Source of the DNA: Serratia symbiotica str. 'Cinara cedri' | GTDB taxonomy: Bacteria > Pseudomonadota > Gammaproteobacteria > Enterobacterales > Enterobacteriaceae | Direction: 5' to 3' | Length of the DNA stretch: 32,000 nucleotides | NCBI GenBank assembly: GCA_000238975.1 | Contig: CP002295.1 | Location: forward strand, 1,570,299 to 1,602,298 | Shown: positions 12,935 through 24,000 of the stretch, piece by piece | Position numbering within the stretch: position 1 is the stretch's first letter | Layout of the letters: every line of letters begins with the position of its first letter | Notes under the pieces: generated by a model | What the model was told of the DNA's origin: nothing | Seen by the model: the letters and a program-made list of their open reading frames with translations, nothing else | Databases searched by the model: none | Translations under genes and position numbers: made by a program

Positions 12935-13407
12935 TGTCCCTCTAAAATATATTCAGTTATCTTAATAATAATCACTGTATTTAATTGAGTTAGATAAACC
13001 TACTTGCGCATCACTATAAATACCATCCTGCACACAACGTGATCAGCACTTATGATGCGAACACCAAAATATTATTTTTTATATGCGACCTTTAAAAGCT
13101 TCATCTGACCGCCAACCTAGCTCGCACTCAATCTTCCCAACATCAATAGCATAACATTTATCGTGACCGGGGAGATTATTAGCATAAATAATAAGATCAT
13201 AATAACTTATGTTCCCTGGATTTTGTTTAGAACAATCTCTTCTAACACATAATAACTACTGCGCACTACTTCAATATTTGTAAATAAGCTACGCTCTCAA
13301 TATTATAAATCTTATCAACTACACGACTATTAATCACCAGGTGTAGTACACGCACGTGATCTTCCGCATAAAGATAATCACGCACCTGCGTGTAATTACC
13401 ATGCAAT

Positions 13408-13455
13408 TATGCTCTTTTACCAACTAACGTGTATGCTCTTTTACCAACTAACGTG
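13408..13455. repeat. 24-bp perfect tandem duplication (2 copies) inside the rffG pseudogene
   Basis: TATGCTCTTTTACCAACTAACGTG occurs at 13408-13431 and 13432-13455. Confidence 0.95.
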
Positions 13456-14006
13456 CTCAAGGCTTACCAATGGAATTAACTTGTTAGGCAGGTAATAAAA
13501 GCCATAGTTATTAAGGTGATGAGTTCTATAGTCGGTAATCTGTAGTGCAAAACTAAGCCAGTATCAGATGGTCGCTAAAGCGACTTAGAAGTTGAATAAA
13601 AGCTATTTGGAGAGTAAGGCGTTTATTAAACAAACAACTTGTTACTAAATCGTGGGTCACCATAAGTTTCATTAGACTAAATATGATTAAAGAGAAATCT
13701 ACACTTTTTCTTTATACTCAGTAATTGTGAGTAATTATGTGCTACTTTTAGTAAAAAATACGCACCTAGTATGTTAGCTTTAAGTAAAAATTATAGGGTT
13801 GTTAATAACGCAATTAGCATGACTATCCGCTGCTAGATGTATTACCTTATCTGACTTATATTTATCAAATACCACATCTAGCGCCATACAATTAAAAGTA
13901 TTGAGACGCTTAAAATATAACGTTCATTATTAAATACTGGCGCTAAAAAATCAAGCTTACTTGCATAAGTCAGCTCATCAATTACTGTAATACTATCAAA
14001 AATTAC

Positions 14007-14046
14007 ATTAATAATAAACCTTACTAATTAATAATAAACCTTACTA
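14007..14046. repeat. 20-bp perfect tandem duplication (2 copies) inside the rffG pseudogene
   Basis: ATTAATAATAAACCTTACTA occurs at 14007-14026 and 14027-14046. Confidence 0.95.
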
Positions 14047-14109
14047 AAGATAACCTTATAACCCAACGCCGCCAGTAATAAGAATACGTTTCAATACCAT
14101 ACTTCCTTA

Positions 14110-15372
14110 ATATCAACAACCAAATTTATTTAATTTCCTTCAATGTGATAATCTTAATTTACTAGTGGTTAAATAACATTACTATCAGATCAGCTTATAA
14201 TAATGCATCAGCTATATATTATAATATGACATCACTTAACAATGATTGCGGCAATTACTGAATATATCTTTTTAATACTAAAATATAATCGACACGATAA
14301 TCAATAATTATATGTAATATTTTCACTAAAAGAATACCCTGTACATCATTAATAATTTACTTAAAAACAAGCCTAAACAAACTATTTTTACCTCATAGGA
14401 ACTTTTACCAGTTACTGCTACACGATCCTCCACTACCTCCTCTATGCACTTAAAGACCGAATACGATTTACTATTAATCACTAGTTACGCAATACGGATC
14501 AGACTAGCCTTTCTTAGGGCTCGCTAAATAATAAATTACAAGTCAACAGCAATACTATTGCCAACCGCCTACACTAAGCCTAATTGTAGGTAGGATATTT
14601 ACCCATAGTGAAAATAATTTGATAGTGAGATAAGTTCTCATATATTCATACCTGCTAAAAACAAATCAATGTTAATTCATTAACAAAATTGATACTTACG
14701 TCACGAAAACTATTTCTATTAATTTACAAACTTTGAAGGTAAAGAAGAACTAGTTAGCATACTTTTGCACTTGCAAGAAATATTATATGATACACTAGTA
14801 TATTGAGTAGACTTTAATGTCATGCTGCTAATAATACGATCATTTTACATTGATTTTATCATCATGTATCAAAGTTATACATGACCTAGACAGTAAGCAA
14901 TTATTTACATCAACTGTCTAACCAATTTACTATAAAAAGCTAAGATTATGCTCAGTTTTCAATAGCCACTGAGCTATCTGTTCAGCAGTTCCAATCCAAG
15001 AAGTAAATTCAATAATTATCAAATCTCCTTACTTTAGTATCGGAGCTAGCTATTTTACTATCGCCTTAATACCTTAATATAAAGTAGCTCCAGCTGATAA
15101 TTTTCTTTTATAGATGCGAAAACTAAAGTTAAGAAGCATCAGCTACTCACTGTTTAGTCACTACTTATAGGAATCCTATATTCACTGCATTTTAATTAGA
15201 TTATTATTCAGATATTCAGATTTGGCTCAATCATATATCTTACACCTCATTTAATAGCATCTATAATATGCCGCCCAATATTAACGTCTACTAACTTTTA
15301 CTAAAATAAATAAAACTGACGCTATAAGCAAGCTAATGCAACCTATAGTGGTAATAGGTGAAATAATATTAC
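14110..15372 (-). pseudogene. wecC: Degraded UDP-N-acetyl-D-mannosamine dehydrogenase (ECA pathway)
   Basis: Minus strand pieces: TIGCISLLIASVLF (compare VIGLGYIGLPTAAAF), DVNIGRHIIDAIK*GVRYMIEPNLNI (compare GVDINQHAVDTINRGEIHIVEPDL), LIIIEFTSWIGTAEQIAQWLLKTEHNL (compare LVILESTSPVGSTEKMAEWLAEMRPDL), VNILPTIRLSVGGW (compare VNILQPGPGVGGHC), then RPRKASLIRIA (compare PQQARLIRTA). Multiple disruptions. Confidence 0.95.
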
Positions 15373-15389
15373 AGCTCGTAGTATTACCT

Positions 15390-16533
15390 AATAATTCTTA
15401 AGCCCTATCGGAATCCTTTAGGGAACATGTCGATCTTTGTAGAGTTATGTACATAACATGCGGCAAGATATTTATTCTCATACGTTAATAGCTATGTTAC
15501 TTATTAATAGTCAGATTACTGTATCGAAAACTTTTATTATATTAGTATCAACTAAGATTACTGTACTTACGTATACTACTCCTCAATAACACTCAGTCAT
15601 ATCACACATTACTACTATCCACTTACTTAACAATAGTACTTCTTACTAAAGACTACTTAAATTAATGCTTATTGATACACATCTTAATTATAAGATAGAC
15701 AAAAGATAAGTAACTTTACGAGCCAATTCAATTGAAGTTATATTCTAAATTCTTTTTAATATAAGGTAGATTGTTCCATTAACATTTAGATATAAATACA
15801 TTAAGCGCACTACTTCCTATACCTAGATAATGATAAGAGACCCCTACTAAAAAGCTATAAATACACTCATCACTGATACGAAAGGTTTCAGGCCAATAGC
15901 TAGTGACCAAGATCATATTTTTGCTAGTACCTAAAAAAGATTAATCTACGCCAAGCTAACCCATAATTTAATATTATCTAACACTTGATCACATATCCCA
16001 AACAAAGCATCAATAACTACATTCCTAGTCACGAAGATATTATTACTCAACAGTAGCTCATGCAGCAACATTGCACGTGAGTTTTTGTAGGCGCAAAATA
16101 CATCACTAAATGACCAATTAATTTATAATTGACTATCTCTAATCACGGAGATTTAAGATTACCAGTATATCAACTAGCTCTACACGCCTAACTCAGATAT
16201 GCTGATAGCATGCTGCCAAGATAAAAAATAAAGTTATAGTAATAACGCAAAGAGCTAATACTATATCGTAATTAAATACTTTAAGCACACCGTATTCGTA
16301 CCTGTTATAATACGGTAGATAACTGCAATAAAACCCTATTCTAGATTTATAACATCTAGGCCATAATCAGGTATTTTACTAAATAATAGTAATGCTTGCA
16401 CGAATATTTCTTAGTATTGTGTTATGTTATGATATAAGCTTTTGATTCAAATATTTCATCCTGAACTAAATCATATATCAATGACACTATTTTAATATAT
16501 TTTATCCCGACGCTAAAACAGTTAATACTTTTA
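15390..16533 (-). pseudogene. wecB: Degraded UDP-N-acetylglucosamine 2-epimerase (ECA pathway)
   Basis: Minus strand pieces: KVLTVLASG* (compare KVLTVFGTRPE), KAYIIT*HNTKK (compare EAKVCVTAQHREM), PDYGLDVINLE*GFIAV (compare PDYDLNIMQPGQGLTEI), NSRAMLLHELLLSNNIFVTRNVVIDALFGICDQ (compare [32 protein letters not shown]), SKNMILVTSYWPETF (compare DKKMILVTGHRRESF). Confidence 0.93.
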
Positions 16534-16559
16534 AGATAGATCTCTTTTAACAGAGACAC

Positions 16560-17670
16560 TGTAGGTATGTCTACACATTAGACGTTACACATCCATCAGC
16601 AATCTCATCTACCTTTTATATCGAGGCACGGTAAACTAAAGTCATACGCACACTAACTCAAGTGCTTATTATACTCAATATAATAAGTAAGATACTTATC
16701 TTAGAAAGTTACTTTTGATCTGCATCTTGTAATACACGCAATAACGGTTAGTCTTCAATTATTCCTCTAATATAACAATACCAATGCTCGATTTTACCAG
16801 CAGGGTATAATGATAATTATAATCTAGATCGTGTAACAGGATAATAGCTTATGAATGCTCTAAACACACTTGTAAAATTAATGTAATTAATAAAGATATA
16901 TTAGAATTTAACAAATATTAATTGATTATATTAAATATATGTAAACATTTTATTTTTAGATTTTTAATTATTACCTTTAATGATCGCTGAAGATAATTTA
17001 ATTATCATTTTATAAATTGTTTTTTGTTAAAACTGCTTAATACTTAATTCATTCTTTCATTAAAATGAAACACGTCATCTAAAAATCTTTAATCTCTTCA
17101 TTATTTAGGTAATAAATAGCACGTTAGTCAACAAGTAACAAATATTGATGTAATAGATAATTTATATCATCTGTTTCTACCACAAGACTTATGTTTCTAC
17201 CATAAGTCTGAGCTATCTTTAGTAATATATTTTTATTATAACCTTGCATAAACTTAATATTTTTTATTAATTCTTCAAACAAGACATTAGCACACACTAT
17301 ACCCTTCTGATATTGTTTATTACTATAACCTTATAACAAGATCACGACGTGTATTATCAGGTCATAGCTATATAATAAATTCATTATAACTTTCTTAAGA
17401 TATTCCTAATCTTTCATTGGTATAGGATACTAACATGTGTAAATCTAAATTTTATAAGAGTTTTTTCTTTAAATCATCTTGCCCTACAGCACATAATCAT
17501 AGTAAATCAGTAATAAAGACTGAGCTCCATACCTATTTGATTAAGAAAAATATTATAAATAGAATAGACGACAATAGTATTGTAACATTAATAATCCGTA
17601 AATCACTATGACGCAAGACATAGCATAAACTACGGATATCAATTGCATTATCCATAGCACTGAGACCTTA
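16560..17670 (-). pseudogene. wzzE: Degraded ECA chain-length regulator; only the N-terminal part is recognisable
   Basis: Minus strand from about 17665 reads DNAIDIRSLCYVLRHSDLRIINVTILLSSILFIIFFLNQIGMELSLL, compare WzzE AENELDIRGLFRTLWAGKLWIIGMGLAFALIALAYTFFARQEW. Located exactly between the wecA and wecB remnants. Confidence 0.7.
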
Positions 17671-17749
17671 ATCTAATATTTTTCTGAATTCACAACTAAT
17701 AAAACCCCCTGTCTATTTAAGAAGTTTAATTATTATTCATAGAGCGATA

Positions 17750-18800
17750 TAAGTTATGCTCGATACACTTAATATGATATGCAACGCACCAAGTATCTTT
17801 TACGCAATAACTACATAGAAAAAATAAGCACAATTTATACTAATAAAATCGACTCTAAAACAAAACTCAGTCTTTCTCCAATTATGCCAATGAAGCTAGC
17901 AGAATAGCCAAAAACAATTAAAACTAAATCTTGTCTACACGTAAAACTAGTATGCATGATTCAGTGGCGAACATATTCAAGGTTAGAAGAACAAGAGATG
18001 AAACTTTGATTAAATTGTTGATATATAGTTAAAATTATATTTATTAACGGGATAATAATAATCCATAATATAGTAACTGGTGTGATTAAATAGAAAGCAC
18101 CCTTAAACTTTGTATAAATAGTTGAATAGCAGTAAAATCAATTAAAGTGCTACTAATATTCCCCATACACGCCTTGTACTGGGGATTACCCCCCTCTAAA
18201 TTAAAAATAACACAGAAAATAATAACTACTATCGCAATGAAACACTAAAAAACTCATTCATCATGCCAACTTAAATACAGTGATACAGTAAAATACCTAA
18301 AACACTCAAATAGATATACGATAGTTATTCCAGCAAGTTCTCCATACTATCAATCATATTAAAAGCATTAATAAATATACAGACTATAAATAAAATTACT
18401 ATGTATCTAAATTATCCTAATTGTGTATCCTGATTACATAATAAATACCCTACGCTACTCAATAAAACTCAACGTAAATCATTATAATGCTAACTAGCGT
18501 TGCAATAACGAGCTAACTTTAACTCTTAACACTAATATCAAAACGCTCATCTAAAAGCACGAACAAAAACTAAAATACCTGCATAAATAAGATATTATTT
18601 ACCATATGTAATTGATTGTTTAAAAAATAAAAAATAAAAAATAACACATTAATATATATACCTCTAACTAATGAAATCAATTTTTGATGGAGCTTAAGAT
18701 CATGAGGTTTATCAGCCAAACGGATATAATTCGCTATTTTACAAAAAAAATAAAAAACACTAATGAAAACAAAAAACAAATATAATTTTAATACTTGCAA
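17750..18800 (-). pseudogene. wecA: Degraded undecaprenyl-phosphate GlcNAc-1-phosphate transferase
   Basis: ORF track frame 18570-18800 (-) reads YFFCKIANYIRLADKPHDLKLHQKLISLVRGIYINVLFFIF, compare WecA LFFARKVAKKVGLVDKPNFRKRHQGLIPLVGGISVYAGICFTF. Further downstream the minus strand reads VLLDERFDISVK, compare IGALDDRFDISVK. Many stops beyond this; 3' bound approximate. Confidence 0.88.
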
Positions 18801-19061
18801 TAAACATATTCACAATTCACATATCTCCGCTAAAAATAACACCACTTAAAATAATAATGAATGAATGAGGCTATGCTTATTACTGCCTTATATTAATTTT
18901 TCTCCATAAAAAACACGATTTATCTTAACTTTTTGTAACTAATGAATCAATTAATAGCAAGAAATAAAAACGCTCAGGTATTAATCATGATAAGAGATAA
19001 ATGCATGATAATTTAAAGAAATTACTTACTTTTAAATACTGCTACTTACCGTATACCCTAA

Positions 19062-19094
19062 AAGTAAAAACGCCACATTTAGTCGTGGCGTTTT
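19062..19094 (-). terminator. Rho-independent terminator downstream of rho
   Basis: 10-bp perfect inverted repeat AAAACGCCAC / GTGGCGTTTT with an 8-nt loop (19067-19076, 19085-19094). The RNA is read on the minus strand and ends in a U-rich tract, 15 nt after the rho stop. Confidence 0.9.
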
Positions 19095-19108
19095 AGAATT
19101 ATACAAAA

Positions 19109-20368
19109 TTATGAACGTTTCATCATATCGAAAAAATCATCATTAGTTTTAGTCATGGCCAATTTATTCATAAGAAACTCCATTGCGTCAATCTCACTCA
19201 TGGGATGAATAATTTTACGCAATATCCACATTTTTTGTAATTCTTCGGCAGTAGAAAGCAACTCTTCTTTACGCGTACCAGAACGATTATAATCGATTGC
19301 AGGAAACACACGCTTCTCAGCAATTTTACGTGCTAAGTGCAATTCCATGTTGCCAGTACCTTTAAATTCTTCATAAATAACTTCATCCATCTTCGAACCG
19401 GTATCAACAAGGGCTGTCGCTATGATAGTTAGGCTACCACCTTCTTCGACGTTACGAGCAGCGCCAAAAAAACGCTTAGGACGATGTAAGGCATTAGCAT
19501 CTACTCCCCCAGTTAATACCTTGCCTGAAGCAGGAACTACGGTGTTATAGGCGCGCGCTAAACGCGTAATAGAATCAAGTAAGATTATCACGTCTTTCTT
19601 ATGTTCTACCAATCGCTTAGCTTTCTCAATAACCATTTCTGCTACCTGCACATGACGAGATGCTGGCTCATCAAATGTTGAAGCAATTACTTCACCCTTG
19701 ACTAAACGCTGCATCTCAGTCACCTCTTCTGGACGCTCATCGATCAGTAGAACCATTAGTACACAATCTGGGTGATTATAAGCAATACTTTGCGCAATAT
19801 TTTGCAACAACATAGTTTTACCAGCTTTTGGGGGCGCGACAATCAAGCCACGCTGACCACGGCCAATTGGCGAGGCTAGATCCAGTACACGTGCTGTTAA
19901 GTCCTCAGTAGACCCATTACCTCGCTCCATTCGTAAACGTGAATTAGCATGTAATGGGGTTAAGTTTTCGAACAGAATCTTGCTACGGGCGTTTTCCGGT
20001 TTATCATAGTTAACCTCGTTAACTTTCAAAAGAGCAAAATAGCGCTCACCATCTTTTGGCGGCCTAATTTTACCGGAAATGGTATCACCTGTGCGGAGAT
20101 TGAAACGACGAATTTGGCTAGGAGATACATAGATATCATCAGGACCGGCGAGGTAAGAACTATCCCCAGAACGGAGAAAACCAAATCCATCCTGCAATAT
20201 CTCTAATACACCATCACCAAAGATATCTTCTCCACTTTTTGCATGTTGTTTCAGAATAGAGAAGATAATGTCCTGCTTACGCAGGCGGGCAAGATTTTCT
20301 AGCCCTATATTTTCGCCGAGAGTAATCAGATCAGACACTGGCGTATTCTTTAATTCGGTAAGATTCAT
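19109..20368 (-). CDS. rho: Transcription termination factor Rho
   Basis: 419-aa ORF that is near-identical to enterobacterial Rho end to end: [36 protein letters not shown]..., Walker [13 protein letters not shown]-terminus [19 protein letters not shown]. Confidence 0.99.
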   Translation of the reverse strand: MNLTELKNTPVSDLITLGENIGLENLARLRKQDIIFSILKQHAKSGEDIFGDGVLEILQDGFGFLRSGDSSYLAGPDDIYVSPSQIRRFNLRTGDTISGKIRPPKDGERYFALLKVNEVNYDKPENARSKILFENLTPLHANSRLRMERGNGSTEDLTARVLDLASPIGRGQRGLIVAPPKAGKTMLLQNIAQSIAYNHPDCVLMVLLIDERPEEVTEMQRLVKGEVIASTFDEPASRHVQVAEMVIEKAKRLVEHKKDVIILLDSITRLARAYNTVVPASGKVLTGGVDANALHRPKRFFGAARNVEEGGSLTIIATALVDTGSKMDEVIYEEFKGTGNMELHLARKIAEKRVFPAIDYNRSGTRKEELLSTAEELQKMWILRKIIHPMSEIDAMEFLMNKLAMTKTNDDFFDMMKRS

Positions 20369-20540
20369 AATGGTGGGTTCTTAAACTTGGAGTATATCTC
20401 GAACTTTTATCGTGAATAGTATGGCAGCATGATACGTGCCTGTTTACTGGACGTTCGATCACCGGGGTGTGGAATATCGCGGTAAGAAAATAACTTACAT
20501 CGGGCGCCCACATTATATCGATGGCTTAAGATCAAAAATA
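20369..20540 (-). promoter_or_regulatory. Possible rho leader / rhoL relic
   Basis: The trxA-rho spacer keeps a GC-richer block. Minus-strand frame ...FHTPVIERPVNRHVS weakly resembles the E. coli RhoL C-terminus (FSSAYSPVTRQRKDMSR) and lies at the expected position. Confidence 0.3.
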
Positions 20541-20754
20541 CCTGAAAATTAATTTTGCCACATCGCTCGATTGCTACAACAAAAAAGCTGGGTTCATTTT
20601 ATTTTAAACATCAGTAGTTTAAACACATTGAGCGCAGACTTAATGCTTCAGGCAAGTTATATTTAAAATATAATTTAAACTTAACACGCTTTTTAGTAAG
20701 CGTCTAGCTATGAATTAAACATTGATAGAAGCCTAATATTAATTTTATAACTTA

Positions 20755-21081
20755 TTATAAAACTGCATTCAAGAAATCTTTAAGCTGGCCCTTAGAAATA
20801 GAACCTACTTTTGTCGCAACCATATCACCATTTTTAAACAACAACAATGTTGGAATGCTACGAATACTGTATTTAGCAACAGTAACCGGATTATGATCAA
20901 TATTTAGCTTGGTGATAGTTACTTTACCAGCAAATTCTTTAGCAAGCTCATCAAGAATGGGTGTTATCATCTTGCAGGGCCCACACCATTCAGCCCAAAA
21001 ATCAACTAGTATTAAACCTACAGATTTTATCACATTACTCTCGAAACTATCATCAGTTAGATGAATAATTTTATCATTCAT
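20755..21081 (-). CDS. trxA: Thioredoxin 1
   Basis: [50 protein letters not shown]... with the CGPC active site and cis-Pro [14 protein letters not shown]. The ORF track starts 4 codons upstream at 21093; the [10 protein letters not shown] start at 21081 matches known family starts. Confidence 0.98.
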   Translation of the reverse strand: MNDKIIHLTDDSFESNVIKSVGLILVDFWAEWCGPCKMITPILDELAKEFAGKVTITKLNIDHNPVTVAKYSIRSIPTLLLFKNGDMVATKVGSISKGQLKDFLNAVL

Positions 21082-24000
21082 ATTGTGCTCCACTATTTCA
21101 ATGAATACGAAATACTATTTGCTAAGGCAATATTGTTATGATAGTATCATAAACTAAAAATAAGTTACACTTGACTATACAGAAATTTTTCATACTTACC
21201 ATATATTAGTGAATTATTAAAACCCAAGTAAAACAGCTTTACCACTGTTCTCTACTTAGAATATTAATACTATCGATCATAACTTTTTTAGGTACAAACT
21301 AACACTAAAAAAAAATTTTATCATCTATTTTAAATCATTTACTCATGCTTCTAATAAAAGAACATCCCTTAATTAGCACAATATTTTATCATGGCGCTTA
21401 CATTTACATCTATAGTGCAAACCCATTTAAATACAGAAACCCTTTAAACAATCTACTAGACCTACTAACTTAAAGATATATATAATATATAGTATACAGT
21501 AAAACTCACTATGACAACTAACTGAATATACTATAAAAGATATAAATATAGATATAAATATACTGATTAATCAAACTAATACTAATCTATGAAAATAAAT
21601 ATTTAATTTACTAAATACCATTAAACTAAAAATAAGCACAAAATAAATCACAATGTAAATCATAGAGATAAATAAAGCTAATTTATATACTATCCTATAT
21701 TTATTAAAATATTTACTTACTGTATCTTTGTACTAGCTCATACCAGTAATTAGCAATCTTTAAATATGCTATTATCTAGTATATAATTTTATTATATTTT
21801 GTAAATTAGTCTTTAAGATAAAAAATGAATTATACTTCATGATCTATAGTAAAAAATAAGTAGATATTATATTCAAATCAGCAATACCTTACCTCTGAAA
21901 TTAGAGCGAGAATACTGTGTATAATAGTACAGCAATATTAATCAAATTACACTATCATTTTGAATTAATACAAGATATTATCGTAAATATCGCAAATATA
22001 CTAATTATTGATTATTGTCATTAAATAAATCACCAGTTATTTCATAGAATGAATACTTACGTATTATAAATAGTTCTACTAAAATGATCTTAGTATTTTT
22101 ATTGCCCATAATAATACATAGCACTACATACATGTCATATTAATCACTTAACTATAATCAACTATAATATACTTAACTTAACAATTATAAAAACTATATC
22201 AACCGTATTTATCATATTAAATGTAGCAGTAAAAATAATTACTCTACACTGTAGACTACAAGAACATAACAAACTAATATATAGTCAAAAAATAACATTA
22301 AATATCAACTATTAGATAGTATGATAATCATAAGTAAACACAATAACTAACTAATCCACTAATACTTATACCCCATTATACCCATGTAACCACCATCATA
22401 CTCATGGTAACCAAATACCATAGTTCATGTAAAATACAACATAATAGTTATGCATACTCAAATAATACCCAAATAAATTTTAAATCGCATAAAAATTAAA
22501 CAAACTAAAATACCAATTATAACTCTAATAAAATAGGTGATAATTATGCTAATTAATTTTAAAAAAATAATTATATACCTAGTATTAATGTAATTTATTA
22601 ATAACTATTAACCTGCATTATAATTAATTCTATATATTAGTCAACAGCGCAATGATTAATAATGCTTAAACGCTAAGAATATCAAACATATTTGTGTAAT
22701 TCATGGATAGATAGATTATTAAAATAATCTATCTATCTCTTACTATTAATAATACCGTACATTACAGTATCATGACCTCTAACTGTAGAACTACTGTTAC
22801 ATTCTGTAGAGACTCTAAAAAAATCATCATAGAACAAAGTACAACACGTAAATAAATATTTAACTATACTTATGTGAGATTAAATCAAGCTGTATATAAT
22901 TAAATATAATAATTTATTGAAAACATAAAATGCAGGATAATACTAACACAAGCAGCAATATTTATCAGTACTATTATAATAGTAATAATTTATAAAACAT
23001 CCGTTAAAAATATAATATCAGCTAATAACGCACTACATAAAAATTCATACATAAAGATACCAGATCTCCTCATTGCGCTAAATACCCAAAGATACGTCAT
23101 CCCATAACCTGCTCTGCGATTATATGTTAAATTTTCGTTAAAATAAGCTTATTAACTAGCTAGCAAGCAGTTTCTTAGGAAAGAAGAATGCATACTTACT
23201 ACTTACTAAATGCACAATATTATCATAAGTTAATATATACAGCTCATCTACCCCGTGTAACTAACCTTAGCATTGCTTTCAAATGATTTTAATAATAGAT
23301 CTGCACCTAATTCATCTAACGAACTAAATTTATTTAACCTTATCCTTCTGCTGTATATAAATATTAACTAACACACTATATGTGATTTGAAGCTAAATTT
23401 AAGCAAAATAATACATATAGACATAATAAATATGTAATATAATAAATCATATACCTACACCAAAGCTATGTAATGAGTAAATAAAATAAATTGCTAAAAG
23501 TTACTAGAATCAATATTGCTAATTACAATACCTAATATTAGTAACGAACACTTAAAAATATTAATAACATATTTCACGGTATAATTAAAAGCATCACATA
23601 GATATAACACTACGAGAAATTAACTAAAATCATAGCTGCCCTGACAACTATACAGAAAATCTGTATCGCAGTGCATCATCAGTAATAAATACTTAGATTG
23701 ATACCTATACATATAATACTAGCTATACATACACTATTTGCTCTTTAAATTGATATAAGCCAATATAGACCTAAAACAATAAAATATTGGATCAATTAGC
23801 AACACCTCTAATACTGGACTGAATTTTATTTCAACAACATGTTAATATAGATTATTAAAATACTTTAAGAGTAGTAATATACTTGACTATCATTATTTAT
23901 GATAATAGATAAATTAAATATAAGCATAAAATTTAGTTACATAACGATTGGTGAGAAATGCATGCTAAAATATACCTCACTTATTATATGTAAGTTACTA

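Larger units (their letters stand above)
13060..14100 (-). pseudogene. rffG: Degraded dTDP-glucose 4,6-dehydratase (ECA pathway)
   Basis: Minus strand pieces: MVLKRILITGGVGL* (compare MRKILITGGAGFIG), LVRFIIN..IFDSITVIDELTYASKLDFLAPVFNNER (compare [36 protein letters not shown]), GNYTQVRDYLYAEDHVRVLHLVINSRVVDKIYNI (compare [34 protein letters not shown]), NLPGHDKCYAIDVGKIECELGW (compare [22 protein letters not shown]). Interrupted by stops, frameshifts and duplications. Confidence 0.96.

Noticed and set aside
20331-20513. 60-aa minus-strand ORF overlapping the rho start
   Set aside because: Overlaps rho in another frame and lacks a family match. Only its partial resemblance to RhoL is kept, as a low-confidence regulatory note.
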